A stretch of DNA of 45,372 nucleotides from an uncultured virus (IMG/VR IMGVR_UViG_2061766007_002010) (IMGVR_UViG_2061766007_002010), one strand, 5' to 3'. Shown: positions 1 to 9,293, counted from the first letter of the stretch. Translations and numbers: made by a program. Notes: generated from the letters alone by a model not told the origin.

Positions 1-1
1 A

Positions 2-138
2 GTTGACCCAGACAGTGATAAGGTAATTTACGAAGTTAAGGAACCTGGTTTCACAATCGATACTAATGGTGTATTAAAGCTCACTGATCCTCTTGATTAT
101 GAGAAAACTCCAGAAGTTAAGATTACAGTTATTGCAAA
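2..138 (+). CDS. Fragment of cadherin-repeat protein (window edge to N-gap)
   Basis: Frame +2 reads VDPDSDKVIYEVKEPGFTIDTNGVLKLTDPLDYEKTPEVKITVIA, with cadherin-like DxD, F-x-ID-xx-G and LDYE motifs. It matches the repeat at 1149-1460 (YSIDSTGVITIKNPIDYEK). Confidence 0.75.
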
Positions 139-149
139 NNNNNNNNNNT

Positions 150-538
150 AAAGAAGTAAATGCAGAAGTAACAGAAGAAACAATGGACCGACTTGTTGAT
201 AGCGTAGTCGAAAAGATTTCTGAAAATAATGCCAAGTCAGCTAAAGTTGAAGAAATCCAGAATGTAATCGAAATGACATTGATGGATAACGGATTCGGAG
301 CAGTTGCCAAGGCATTTATTTTATTTAGAGACGATCGTACTCGTGCACGTGAAACTAATTCTGCGATTATTAAGACAATCAAGGAAATAACTGAATCTGA
401 CATTAAGAGTTCCAACATTTTGCGTGACAACGCCAATGAATCCGGCGCTACTCCTGCGGGTACATACGGAAAGATTGCGTCTGAAACCAACAAGATGTAT
501 AACCTCTTGAATAATATCAATCGTAAATATGCCCAGGA
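150..538 (+). CDS. nrdD: Anaerobic (class III) ribonucleotide reductase, N-terminal ATP-cone part (gap-bounded fragment)
   Basis: VEEIQNVIEMTLM...VAKAFILFRDDRTRAR is the ATP-cone signature, followed by the NrdD motif DNANES..TPAG. Confidence 0.85.
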
Positions 539-602
539 NNNNNNNNNNNNNNNNNNNNNNNNNNNNNNNNNNNNNNNNNNNNNNNNNNNNNNNNNNNNNN
601 NN

Positions 603-1077
603 GAAAATTGTTAAAGACTGGTTTCGATTCCGGTACAGGTTATCTTCGTTCTCCGAAGTCCATCCAGACTGCTGCGGCCTTGACAGCTGTTATTCTTCAG
701 CTTCAGTCTAACCAGCAGTATGGCGGTATCGCAGACGATAACCTCGATTATGATTTGGCTCCATTCGTTGATATTTCTTTTAGAAAGAATCTCAGGAATG
801 AACTTAATCGTTATANNNNNNNNNNNNNNNNNNNNNNGATGTCACGAATGTTTCCATGAACTGGCCGGTCGAATTGCTCTATGCTAAGTTCCCGAAGATT
901 TGCGTAGAAAATGCTATTCGAATCACCGACGACGATACTCATCAGGCTATGGAAGGTCTTATCGGTAACTTGAACTCTCTCCAGTCTCGTTCTGGAAACC
1001 AGGTTCCGTTTAGTTCGCTGAACTTCGGTCTCGATACTTCTAATTGTGGCCGTATGATTAGTAAGAACCTTATTAAG
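603..1077 (+). CDS. nrdD: Second, diverged copy/allele of the nrdD central region (two gap-separated fragments)
   Basis: The peptides KTGFDSGTGYLRSPKSIQTAAAL... and MNWPVELLYAKFPKIC...QVPFSSLNFGLDTS are near-identical to 3025-3513 but carry many synonymous and some amino-acid differences. Confidence 0.8.
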
Positions 1078-1088
1078 NNNNNNNNNNT

Positions 1089-1138
1089 AACAAGATGTAT
1101 AACCTCTTGAATAATATCAATCGTAAATATGCCCAGGA
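1089..1138 (+). repeat. 50-bp exact duplicate of 489-538 (nrdD), flanked by N-gaps; probable scaffolding duplication
   Basis: aacaagatgtataacctcttgaataatatcaatcgtaaatatgcccagga occurs at both places, and both copies end at a gap. Confidence 0.85.
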
Positions 1139-1148
1139 NNNNNNNNNN

Positions 1149-2935
1149 CGCAGCTGATACCGCTACCTATGTAATTAAGGTAACTGATATTAATGAACCG
1201 GTCCATGTTCAAGATACAACTTGTTCTGTAAAGGAAAATTATACTGGTAAGGTTTGCAAGATTATAGCAACTGACGAGGATAAAACAACTCCTAAGTATA
1301 TAATTACCGATACTACAAATTATTCTATCGATTCTACTGGCGTAATTACTATTAAAAACCCGATTGATTATGAAAAGAAGACTAAGGACACGGTAACTGT
1401 TATTGTAACTGATGGTGAATTTTCTGATACAGCACAGGTAATTATCAGAGTTCTTGATGAACCTGAAACAGTCGAGATTACAAAGTGGGATGATGAAAAG
1501 CCAAAAGATACAGTAAAGACAAATGATCCTGACCATAGATTTGAATGGGAACTTTGTGAAGGTGATACTTGTAAAGGTCATATTGAAACACCTCATATCA
1601 AGAAGGACACTGTAATCAAGGTATGTAATGACAAGAAGACAGTATGTGATTCTATCGTAGTATTATTCAATGATGCACCTCCAGTAGTTACATTGACCAA
1701 TGCAAAATCTACAGATGCATTGATTGACTATATTACTATTGAGGAAATCAAGGACGATAAGATTTACGTTAATAAGAAAGAAAATCCAATTACTGTAACT
1801 GTTAAGGACACAGTTCATAAGACGCAAAAACATTTCGAAATTACCGTAAAGCTCGATACTATTCCTACCAAGGATATTAAGATTAAGGAATATAATTATC
1901 TCATTGATGAGACAACCGCTACTTCTACAACAATCGGAAATAACCGTATTGAATTGAAGGAAGTTGTAAAGGTTGATGGTGTAGATATTATACTTACAAA
2001 GGTCATTGATAAACACGGTAATCCAGTAGATACGACACAGACAGTTACTTATACTAAAAAGGTAAATGGTAAGGATGTTACTGTTTCTTATAAGGTTGAT
2101 AATTTGACAGGTCAGAGACTTACAGATTATACCGTTTCTTACAATATCGATTCTTGCACAGCAGTTTCTTATGTAGTTGATGAGAATAAGAAGATTGTAA
2201 AGAACAAGGAAGGAAATATCGGATATACTATTACTTATGATTATACAGATGATTATGGTAATAAAGCTACAGCAAGTGTAGAAATTGTTTATGATGATAT
2301 TCCGCCTAAGGTTGAAATTTCTGAACCAGGTAGTGGACAATCTTATAATACCAATGCAATTCCTGTCAAGTGGACAGTAAATGGTATCGTTCAAGATACA
2401 CTGAATTTACAGAGACTTGAAAAAGGTGTTAACTATGTTATTAGAAGATATGTTGATAAGGCAGGTAACGTTTCTGCTGATACCGTAATGGTTATTATGA
2501 ATGAAGCGAAGGATATTGATATTGAGCTTGTTCATCCAGTAACTATGGTTGACCAGGACAAGGTTGATGAATATTATTCTGAAGGTCACAAGTATAATGA
2601 TAAGAAACCTTATGACGTTAAGTTTGTTGACCCTAAGAATGATACATTACCTGATGTAATTGGTGTTGGTTTCAAGGTCGATATTGTTCTTCCATCTGTT
2701 TCTCCAACTGGTTCTCTTGCAACATTGGATGACATTGTAAAGAATGGTCAGATTCCAGTTGATGATAGAGGTAATATAGTTGGCGCCTCTACGCATGGAA
2801 TTCCAGTAGATAAGTATGTTGAAGAACATTGTACTGAAGAATTCCAGAAGGATTACGATAAGTATGGTTTGAATATTCCGCTTTATGACGTTACTTATAA
2901 ACTTCATCTTTGGGTATATACAACTACCGCAAATT
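1149..2935 (+). CDS. Cadherin/Ig-like repeat surface protein (partial, gap-bounded)
   Basis: Cadherin motifs VTDINEP, ATDED, IDYEK, VTDGEFSDTAQVIIRVLDEPE; Ig-like DDIPPKVEISEP...YVDKAGNVSAD. Thr/Val-rich, Cys-paired segments. Confidence 0.8.
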
Positions 2936-2946
2936 NNNNNNNNNNA

Positions 2947-4947
2947 CATAAGGACGGTCATTTACATATTCATGACCTTAACCAGTATAACTTGACATTC
3001 AACTGTTTATTTGCACCAGTTGGTAAGTTATTGAAAAATGGTTTTGATTCTGGAACCGGTTTCTTGCGTTCTCCGAAATCAATTCAGACCGCTGCTGCTT
3101 TGACAGCTGTTATCTTGCAGCTCCAGTCCAACCAGCAATATGGCGGTATCGCTGATGATAATCTTGATTTTGACTTGGCACCTTATGTAGATATTTCTTT
3201 CAGAAAGAATTTGAAGGAAGAACTTACAAGATATTTGGAATATAATGTTGAACATGAAGATATTGATCTTGAAGAAGTAGAAAATGTTTCTATGAACTGG
3301 CCGGTTGAAGTTCTTTATGTAAAGTTCCCGAAGATTTGTGTAAACAATGCAATTCAGAAAACTGATGACGATACACATCAGGCAATGGAAGGTCTTATTG
3401 GTAACTTGAATTCTTTACAGTCTCGTTCAGGTAATCAGGTTCCATTCAGTTCTCTTAACTTTGGTCTTGATACTTCTAATTGTGGTCGTATGATTAGCAA
3501 GAATCTTATCAAGTCTCAGTATGAAGGTCTTGGTGATGGATTGACTGCTATCTTCCCGATTTTGATTTTCAAGTTGATGAAGGGATATACAAAGAATCCA
3601 GAAGATCCTAACTATGATTTGTATCTCGAATCTATCAAGTGCCTTGCTAGAAGATTCTATCCTAACTTTGTTCGTGTAGACAGTTCTTTCAATGCTCCAT
3701 ATATCAGATATGAAAAGCAAGAACTTGTAATTGATGATGCTATAAACAAGGTTGGTGTTAAGGTTCGTGGTAAGGACGAATTAAAGCTTCTTGATTTGGT
3801 TGACCAGAAGTTTGAAACTCCGATTTATCAGTATGATGTTGGTGTAGGTGACTACTGGGAAGTTAATGAAATTGCTGGACATACATTGAAACTCTCTAAG
3901 CTTATTGAAAATTCTACAGTTTCTACAATGGGTTGTAGAACAAGAGTTCTCGGTAATATTAATGGTGTTGAACAGACAACCGGTAGAGGAAACTTTGCAT
4001 TCCACACAATTAATCTTCCACGTCTTGCAATCGAATCACACATTGCTACAAAGGATGAAGAAGAACGTAAGACACTCTTCTTTGCTAAGCTTGACGAAAT
4101 GCTCGAAGATGCAAAGGGAAGCTTACTTGACAGATTCGCATTGATTTCTAATAAGACTTATGAGAATTTCCCATTCACAATGCAACAGGGTCTTTATTTG
4201 ACATCTGATGACCAACCACATGAAGTAACAGATAAGATTGCTGAAGTTCTTAAGCAGGCTTCTTTGTCTATTGGTTATGTCGGTTTGGCTGAAACTATGT
4301 TGCTCTTGACTGGTAAGACTTATGGTCAGGATCATGAAATCGATGATTATGCATTCTCTATTGTAAAGCATATTCGTGAATTTGTTGATAAGACACAGAA
4401 GGAAACTCATTTGAACTGGTCTTGTTTCGCAACACCAGCTGAAGCAGTTGCCGGTCGTTTTGCTAACATTGATAAAAATCTTTTCCAGAATGAAAAGAAG
4501 CTTTCTGATGTAGATTTACAGAGAGTATTCGGTAAGGGTTATTACACAAATAGCCACATGCTTGATTATTCTTTGGAAACATCTCTTGACAATAAGATTA
4601 AGATGGAAGCTCCATATCACAAGATTACAAATGCTGGTCACATTTTCTATTACAAGTTGAATGGTGACTTGTCCAAGAATCTTGAAGCAGTCAAGGCAAC
4701 TATTGATGCCATGTATGAAGGTGACCTCGGTTATTTCACTTGCACATTTGACAGTGATACCTGCACCAAGTGTCATTTCCATGGAATCATCAATAATGAA
4801 TGCCCATGCTGTGGTAACAAGAATGAAGATGAAATTATCCGTGTAAGAAGAATTACTGGATATTTGACTGGTTCTCCTAAGAAGACTATCTTCAAGTCTT
4901 GGAATGATGGTAAACTTGCAGAATTAAGAGACCGTCACAATATTTAA
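2947..4947 (+). CDS. nrdD: Anaerobic (class III) ribonucleotide reductase, catalytic part
   Basis: HKDGHLHIHDL, TFNC, QVPFSSLNFG, FPILIFK, TMGCRT, TINLPRLA, SIGYVGLAE, ATPAE, YYTNS, Zn ribbon CTKC..CPCCG and the glycyl-radical motif RRITGYL. Confidence 0.95.
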   Translation, partial: HKDGHLHIHDLNQYNLTFNCLFAPVGKLLKNGFDSGTGFLRSPKSIQTAAALTAVILQLQSNQQYGGIADDNLDFDLAPYVDISFRKNLKEELTRYLEYNVEHEDIDLEEVENVSMNWPVEVLYVKFPKICVNNAIQKTDDDTHQAMEGLIGNLNSLQSRSGNQVPFSSLNFGLDTSNCGRMISKNLIKSQYEGLGDGLTAIFPILIFKLMKGYTKNPEDPNYDLYLESIKCLARRFYPNFVRVDSSFNAPYIRYEKQELVIDDAINKVGVKVRGKDELKLLDLVDQKFETPIYQYDVGVGDYWEVNEIAGHTLKLSKLIENSTVSTMGCRTRVLGNINGVEQTTGRGNFAFHTINLPRLAIESHIATKDEEERKTLFFAKLDEMLEDAKGSLLDRFALISNKTYENFPFTMQQGLYLTSDDQPHEVTDKIAEVLKQASLSIGYVGLAETMLLLTGKTYGQDHEIDDYAFSIVKHIREFVDKTQKETHLNWSCFATPAEAVAGRFANIDKNLFQNEKKLSDVDLQRVFGKGYYTNSHMLDYSLETSLDNKIKMEAPYHKITNAGHIFYYKLNGDLSKNLEAVKATIDAMYEGDLGYFTCTFDSDTCTKCHFHGIINNECPCCGNKNEDEIIRVRRITGYLTGSPKKTIFKSWNDGKLAELRDRHNI

Positions 4948-4963
4948 TAAAAAATTCACAAAT

Positions 4964-5006
4964 AAAATCATACAGGGGTTTAAAACCTGTATGATTTTTC
5001 TATCTT
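4964..5006 (+). terminator. Intrinsic terminator after nrdD, overlapping a possible promoter (GGGGTTTAAA-16-TATCTT)
   Basis: Stem AAAATCATACAGG/CCTGTATGATTTT followed by a T-run. Same architecture as the minus-strand terminator/promoter elements. Confidence 0.7.
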
Positions 5007-5023
5007 TATATAAAGGTTAATAA

Positions 5024-5317
5024 ATGTTAGACATAATAATGTTGATTATTGGGTATTGTGGCGCAGCTGCTTTTGCAACTTGCAGTCTCCCTCAAGTAAT
5101 CAAAGCTTATAAGACAAAATCGACTGGGGATATAAGCATATTTTTTATCATATTGTCAATTATAGGAAACTTGTGTAGTGCTGGTTATATTTTCTATACC
5201 AACTATATAAGCGGAATGTGGCAATATCCACAATATGTAAATTATACACTGGCTACTATTTTCATTTTTGTCTTATTAGGTTTAAAAATTAAATACGACA
5301 AAGATAGTAAAAAATGA
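5024..5317 (+). CDS. PQ-loop / SemiSWEET-type 3-TM transporter
   Basis: 97 aa with three hydrophobic segments and the motif SLPQVIKAYKTKSTGDIS typical of the MtN3/PQ-loop family. Confidence 0.8.
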   Translation: MLDIIMLIIGYCGAAAFATCSLPQVIKAYKTKSTGDISIFFIILSIIGNLCSAGYIFYTNYISGMWQYPQYVNYTLATIFIFVLLGLKIKYDKDSKK

Positions 5318-5976
5318 CAGAATTAGACTTATTACATTGCTATACGGGTGATACAATAAATGCATTTAATCTTAATGATATTGTAACACATCGTTATAAA
5401 CCAGGTGAAGAAATTGCAGGAATGCAAGTTGCAAATTATGAAGCTGTGCATTCTAGTGTAAAATTTTGGTATGATTATATTGATGAAGATACATTAAAAA
5501 TTGATGTATTTAATTCTTGTAAAAAAGCAGCAACATCTATTGATGAAATTAATTATGAAGTGCCACAAGAACGTTGGCCATTAGAACGATTATCGCATAT
5601 TCTTAGTGGTATTGTAAAGGCAAGAAATGAGATTGCTATTTCAACACGTTTTGGTATGGGTAATCTGTTTGTCATGAATAATAAATTTTGGGATTATTTA
5701 AGTAATATTACTGATAATTTTACGGCAATTCATCCTGATATAATAACAGACATAACAGATCATAGTTTTAAACTTATAAGTACTATTGAATGTATTAAAT
5801 TGGGTGTTGATGATAATTCTAATTACGCAGAAGGTATTATGGCATATCATCAAAATGTTCCAGGCGGAATGTTATTTGACGATAGAGAAAATCATAGATA
5901 TGCCATTGTAAATGATTTTGATGACACTGATAAATTTTATAGATTAGTAAGATTAGTTAAAAATGAATTACAGTAA
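5314..5976 (+). CDS. Short protein resembling the C-terminal half of T4 gp23-type major capsid protein
   Basis: ERWPLERLSHILSGIVKARNEIAISTRFGMGNLFVM aligns by eye with gp23 RW..E....LL.QI.KEA.EIARQT.RG.GNFII. Paralogue of 6838-7308. Confidence 0.6.
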   Translation: MTELDLLHCYTGDTINAFNLNDIVTHRYKPGEEIAGMQVANYEAVHSSVKFWYDYIDEDTLKIDVFNSCKKAATSIDEINYEVPQERWPLERLSHILSGIVKARNEIAISTRFGMGNLFVMNNKFWDYLSNITDNFTAIHPDIITDITDHSFKLISTIECIKLGVDDNSNYAEGIMAYHQNVPGGMLFDDRENHRYAIVNDFDDTDKFYRLVRLVKNELQ

Positions 5977-6511
5977 TATTGATTTTATGAGTATTGTCGA
6001 TGGCGAAGGCTGTCGAGTTTCTCTTTTCGTTTCTGGTTGTAGAAATCATTGTAAGGGTTGTTTTAATCCTGAAACATGGGATTTTAATTATGGCAAACCA
6101 TTTACAGAAGTTGAAACAAATGAGATTATTGAAGCATTGAAGAAACCGTATATTGCCGGGTTGACAATTCTTGGTGGCGAACCATTTGAAGAGGAAAACC
6201 AGCAAGCCATTTGGCAATTATTGATTGACCTTTATGCTTCTGGTGTAATGAAAGAAAATAAGAATATTTGGATGTTTACTGGTTATGTATATGATAAGGA
6301 TTTATTGCCGGGTCAAAGAAAGAATATTCCACATATAACAGATACTATTCTTATGCAAATAGATACATTGGTCGATGGACCATTTATCCAGGAACAAAGA
6401 GATTTAAATTTGAAATTCCGCGGTAGTAGTAACCAAAGAATTTTAACAAGATATGATAGAGATCATTTAAAAGATTTAAAGAGGATATATGGAGATAAAA
6501 GACCTAATTAA
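5963..6511 (+). CDS. nrdG: Anaerobic ribonucleotide reductase activating enzyme (radical SAM)
   Basis: IVDGEGCRVSLFVSGCRNHCKGCFNPETWDF, GLTILGGEPF, LVDGPF, FRGSSNQR; lies near nrdD. Confidence 0.95.
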   Translation: MNYSNIDFMSIVDGEGCRVSLFVSGCRNHCKGCFNPETWDFNYGKPFTEVETNEIIEALKKPYIAGLTILGGEPFEEENQQAIWQLLIDLYASGVMKENKNIWMFTGYVYDKDLLPGQRKNIPHITDTILMQIDTLVDGPFIQEQRDLNLKFRGSSNQRILTRYDRDHLKDLKRIYGDKRPN

Positions 6512-6613
6512 TGTTCAAGAACAATTTTTAGTTGATGACCCTTATGCATATGCAATAAGAGTTTTTGATAATAATGGAAATATGGCAGCACATATAGCTC
6601 GTGTAAAAATTAA
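6489..6613 (+). CDS. 5' fragment of a gene, probably the N-terminus of the gp23-like gene that resumes at 6838
   Basis: GAGG RBS then ATG, open until the gap. The 6624-6826 piece between the two gaps is on the opposite strand and looks like an intruding contig. Confidence 0.45.
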
Positions 6614-6623
6614 NNNNNNNNNN

Positions 6624-6823
6624 CCTGCGGTCTTAAGGTCCTTTTCGGAAAGTACAGTATTAATAGTACCAATCTTAACTTGGTTTTGGTAATAACCCTT
6701 AGCCTTCGTAAAGTCGATAAACTGGTCCATGCTGTCGAATCGTAAATCGGATTCGTTCAACGTGGGTTTTTCAGCTACGAAGTGATGTTCTTTAAGAAGT
6801 TGTAATGCGTTTTCTAATTCCAT
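6624..6823 (-). CDS. Gap-bounded fragment homologous to 8205-8639 (allele or paralogue)
   Basis: MELENALQLLKEHHFVAEKPTLNESDLRF...QNQVKIGTINTVLSEKDL versus MNLNEAISILKENHYKVLGKPVMNESEIRF...QNTVQIGCQNTILSEKEL. Confidence 0.7.
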
Positions 6824-6837
6824 ATTNNNNNNNNNNG

Positions 6838-7308
6838 AAGAATTTAAAAATTATAGAAGCATGTAAAAAAGTAGCAACTATTAAAGAAATTAATTATGAT
6901 CCTAAGGCACCGTTTACAATAGAACGTGGCGGAGCATTATTAACACATTTGATTGCACAAACTAATACTATTAGAACAGCTGCTCGTCGTGGTGCTGGTA
7001 ATAAGATTATTGTTAATCCGGCATTTATGGATATTTTAACAAAAACAGGTGTTATCAATTTACCAGTTTTTAATGCCGCACAGGATGGTTCTAGTTATTT
7101 ATTAAATAGTTGTATTGAAATGATTGTTACTGATTTTGACAATGAAATTCCAGAAGCATTAGTTGCATATAAAGGCACTGCCCATTATGATGGCGGAATA
7201 ACAATGGTCAATGATACAGCAAATAATAAATATATGATTTCTACCGATTTACCTGATACTGAGAAATATTATGTTTTGATTAAATTGACACCAAATGGTG
7301 AATCCTAA
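6838..7308 (+). CDS. Second gp23-like capsid-domain protein (5' end in gap)
   Basis: ERGGALLTHLIAQTNTIRTAARRGAGNKIIVNP and LVAYKGTAHYDGGI match gp23 ..RQTGRGEGNFIIAS and VGYKGPNEMDAGI. Confidence 0.7.
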   Translation, partial: KNLKIIEACKKVATIKEINYDPKAPFTIERGGALLTHLIAQTNTIRTAARRGAGNKIIVNPAFMDILTKTGVINLPVFNAAQDGSSYLLNSCIEMIVTDFDNEIPEALVAYKGTAHYDGGITMVNDTANNKYMISTDLPDTEKYYVLIKLTPNGES

Positions 7309-7321
7309 ACATAAATAATAT

Positions 7322-7564
7322 ATGTCTGAGATAAATCAAAAAATTGCTGAATTGAAAAAGCAGATGTATGATTTAGAGATTGAGGCGGAAACACTCCAAA
7401 TTAAGTCCAGAATCGCACCTATGTATAGTTTTTATAGTAAGCAGAGGGTTTATCTTATTGACGAAAAACTGGCTTTAGAAGCTTACCACAAGCGGACAGA
7501 AGCAAGAAAAATAAATAATCAAATTAAGAAATTAGAATCAAAATTAAAAGAAAAACCGGACTAA
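7322..7564 (+). CDS. Hypothetical coiled-coil protein
   Basis: 80-aa K/E-rich ORF. A CATAAATA late-promoter-like box lies at 7310-7317. Confidence 0.6.
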   Translation: MSEINQKIAELKKQMYDLEIEAETLQIKSRIAPMYSFYSKQRVYLIDEKLALEAYHKRTEARKINNQIKKLESKLKEKPD

Positions 7565-7577
7565 AATCCGGTTTTTT
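7551..7577. terminator. Bidirectional intrinsic terminator between convergent genes
   Basis: AAAAACCGGA-ctaaaa-TCCGGTTTTTT. Confidence 0.8.
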
Positions 7578-7591
7578 ATTTTTAATTAAAC

Positions 7592-8201
7592 TTAGCATTT
7601 AACGAATTCTATTGGAAGTCTAAGTAATTTTTCTGGAAGCATATTTAATTTTGAAAGTGAATTATANNNNNNNNNNNNNNNNNNNNNNNNNNNNNNNNNN
7701 NNNNNNGTTCAATTATTTCAACGACTCTTACTTCATTAGTATGTAATTTACCTGCAAGGGATATAATTTTTGAGAACTTAGACGGGTTGTTAGTATAATT
7801 TACATTAATTATAGTTTTACCAGTTCTGGAATTAGTATATTCTGCACAGCCATAATATGAATTATATCCAACAAATTCATATCTTATACTTTTGATAAAA
7901 ATGGTTTTTGGCGTTCCATTATCCTTATCATCGTCATAATAATAACTGCCACAATGACTACTATAGCAACTATTTGAAATATATNNNNNNNNNNNNNNNN
8001 NNNNNNNNNNNNNNNNNNNNNNNNNNNNNNNNNNNNNNNNNNNNNNNNNNNNNNNNNNNNNNNNNNNNNNNNNNNNNNNNNNNNACTGCTACTTCCACCA
8101 CAACCACTACTGATAGAACTACCACATTCGTTAAGTTTATGAACTGTGTAGCCTTTATTTCTGAGTAATTCTTTTGCTTCTAATAAATTCATAAAATCCA
8201 T
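7592..8201 (-). CDS. Putative head-associated protein with Cys/Gly/Ser-rich segment (two N-gaps; longer than the tracked ORF)
   Basis: MNLLEAKELLRNKGYTVHKLNECGSSISSGCGGSS[gap]YISNSCYSSHCGSYYYDDDKDNGTPKTIFIKSIRYEFVGYNSYYGCAEY...VVEIIE[gap]...LPIEFVKC*. The frame was re-read by hand across the gaps. Confidence 0.55.
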
Positions 8202-8204
8202 TAA

Positions 8205-8639
8205 TTAAAAATTATTTAAAAACGCATGCATTACAGCACCTTTTTGGTAAACAGTATTGCATTCTTCATAGACAGCTTTTTTGCTTTTTAGTTTCTTAAA
8301 GTCTTCTTCAGTCAGTGGATTAGGATCTTCAGATTTCCAGCCTAATTCCCATACTTCCTGGAGGTCTTTTTTAGGTGTTTCATAGTCTTTGCAATAACGT
8401 TTTAAAACAATTTCACCAATATCCTTACCGGTATCGTTCAATTCTTTTTCAGAGAGAATGGTATTTTGACAGCCTATTTGGACAGTATTCTGTGCCCAAG
8501 AAGAATTTATAAGTTTAGAACGATATGCCAGATAATCATCGGCAGTATTAAAACGTATTTCAGATTCATTCATTACAGGTTTTCCTAGAACCTTGTAATG
8601 ATTTTCTTTTAATATAGATATAGCTTCGTTTAGATTCAT
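8205..8639 (-). CDS. Putative internal-head/late protein
   Basis: 144-aa ORF in a late-promoter operon; N-terminal MxLxEA...NE leader shared with neighbours. Confidence 0.6.
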   Translation of the reverse strand: MNLNEAISILKENHYKVLGKPVMNESEIRFNTADDYLAYRSKLINSSWAQNTVQIGCQNTILSEKELNDTGKDIGEIVLKRYCKDYETPKKDLQEVWELGWKSEDPNPLTEEDFKKLKSKKAVYEECNTVYQKGAVMHAFLNNF

Positions 8640-8641
8640 AA

Positions 8642-9274
8642 TTAAAGTTCTTCGTTAATTCTGTCTGCTGCATCCTGTGGAGCAATAAGACCCTTATAAT
8701 AAAGTTCTGTAGCAATTTGTTTAGCACGTGGTAAATCGTCATCGTCAATCATACCACCATCCTGTTGAGCAAGAGACAATGCTTTGGCAATAAAGTCTTG
8801 TTCAGCATTTGGAACAGCTACTTCTGGTTCGACACCAGACATAGTAATAAATTCATCCTCGTCAAAGTAAAGTTCAACCTTACGACCTGGTTTTTCCTTA
8901 ACCTTGACATAACCCATTTCCTTAAGAACTTCAGACCATTGAGTATTCTTATAGGTCTGGAGTCTTCTTTTTACGAAACGGAGTTCTTCAGCAGTCAAAG
9001 TTTCACCATTATTGACTTTTTCAGCCAATGGAGACAAGAAACCAGCATCTGTCTGATTAAAACCCTTAAAATTACGTAAAACTGTGCGTCTTCCGGATTT
9101 TTCAAAATCTACTTGACGACCATACATACCCATAAGGAGAACGATAATAAACTTATCATTTTCCAAATATTCTTTAATTCTTTTATTTAACTGGAAATTA
9201 GAAGTATAGACGTCTTCATTCAAATTAATATCGTCTTTTAAGACTTTATCTACCATTTCTCTAAATGTTTGCAT
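8642..9274 (-). CDS. Putative internal-head protein with capsid-targeting-sequence-like N-terminus
   Basis: AAGGAG RBS. Starts MQTFREM...INLNED (compare T4 IP leaders MKTFKEF/MKTYQEF and L/I-x-E cleavage). First gene after TATAAATA. Confidence 0.6.
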   Translation of the reverse strand: MQTFREMVDKVLKDDINLNEDVYTSNFQLNKRIKEYLENDKFIIVLLMGMYGRQVDFEKSGRRTVLRNFKGFNQTDAGFLSPLAEKVNNGETLTAEELRFVKRRLQTYKNTQWSEVLKEMGYVKVKEKPGRKVELYFDEDEFITMSGVEPEVAVPNAEQDFIAKALSLAQQDGGMIDDDDLPRAKQIATELYYKGLIAPQDAADRINEEL

Positions 9275-9293
9275 TATAGTTTCTCCTTACTAT

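Noticed and set aside
1129..4947. Apparent 1272-aa cadherin-NrdD fusion protein
   Set aside because: The two halves are joined only through a 10-N placeholder gap (2936-2945), and the NrdD N-terminus lies elsewhere (150-538). The in-frame join is coincidental.
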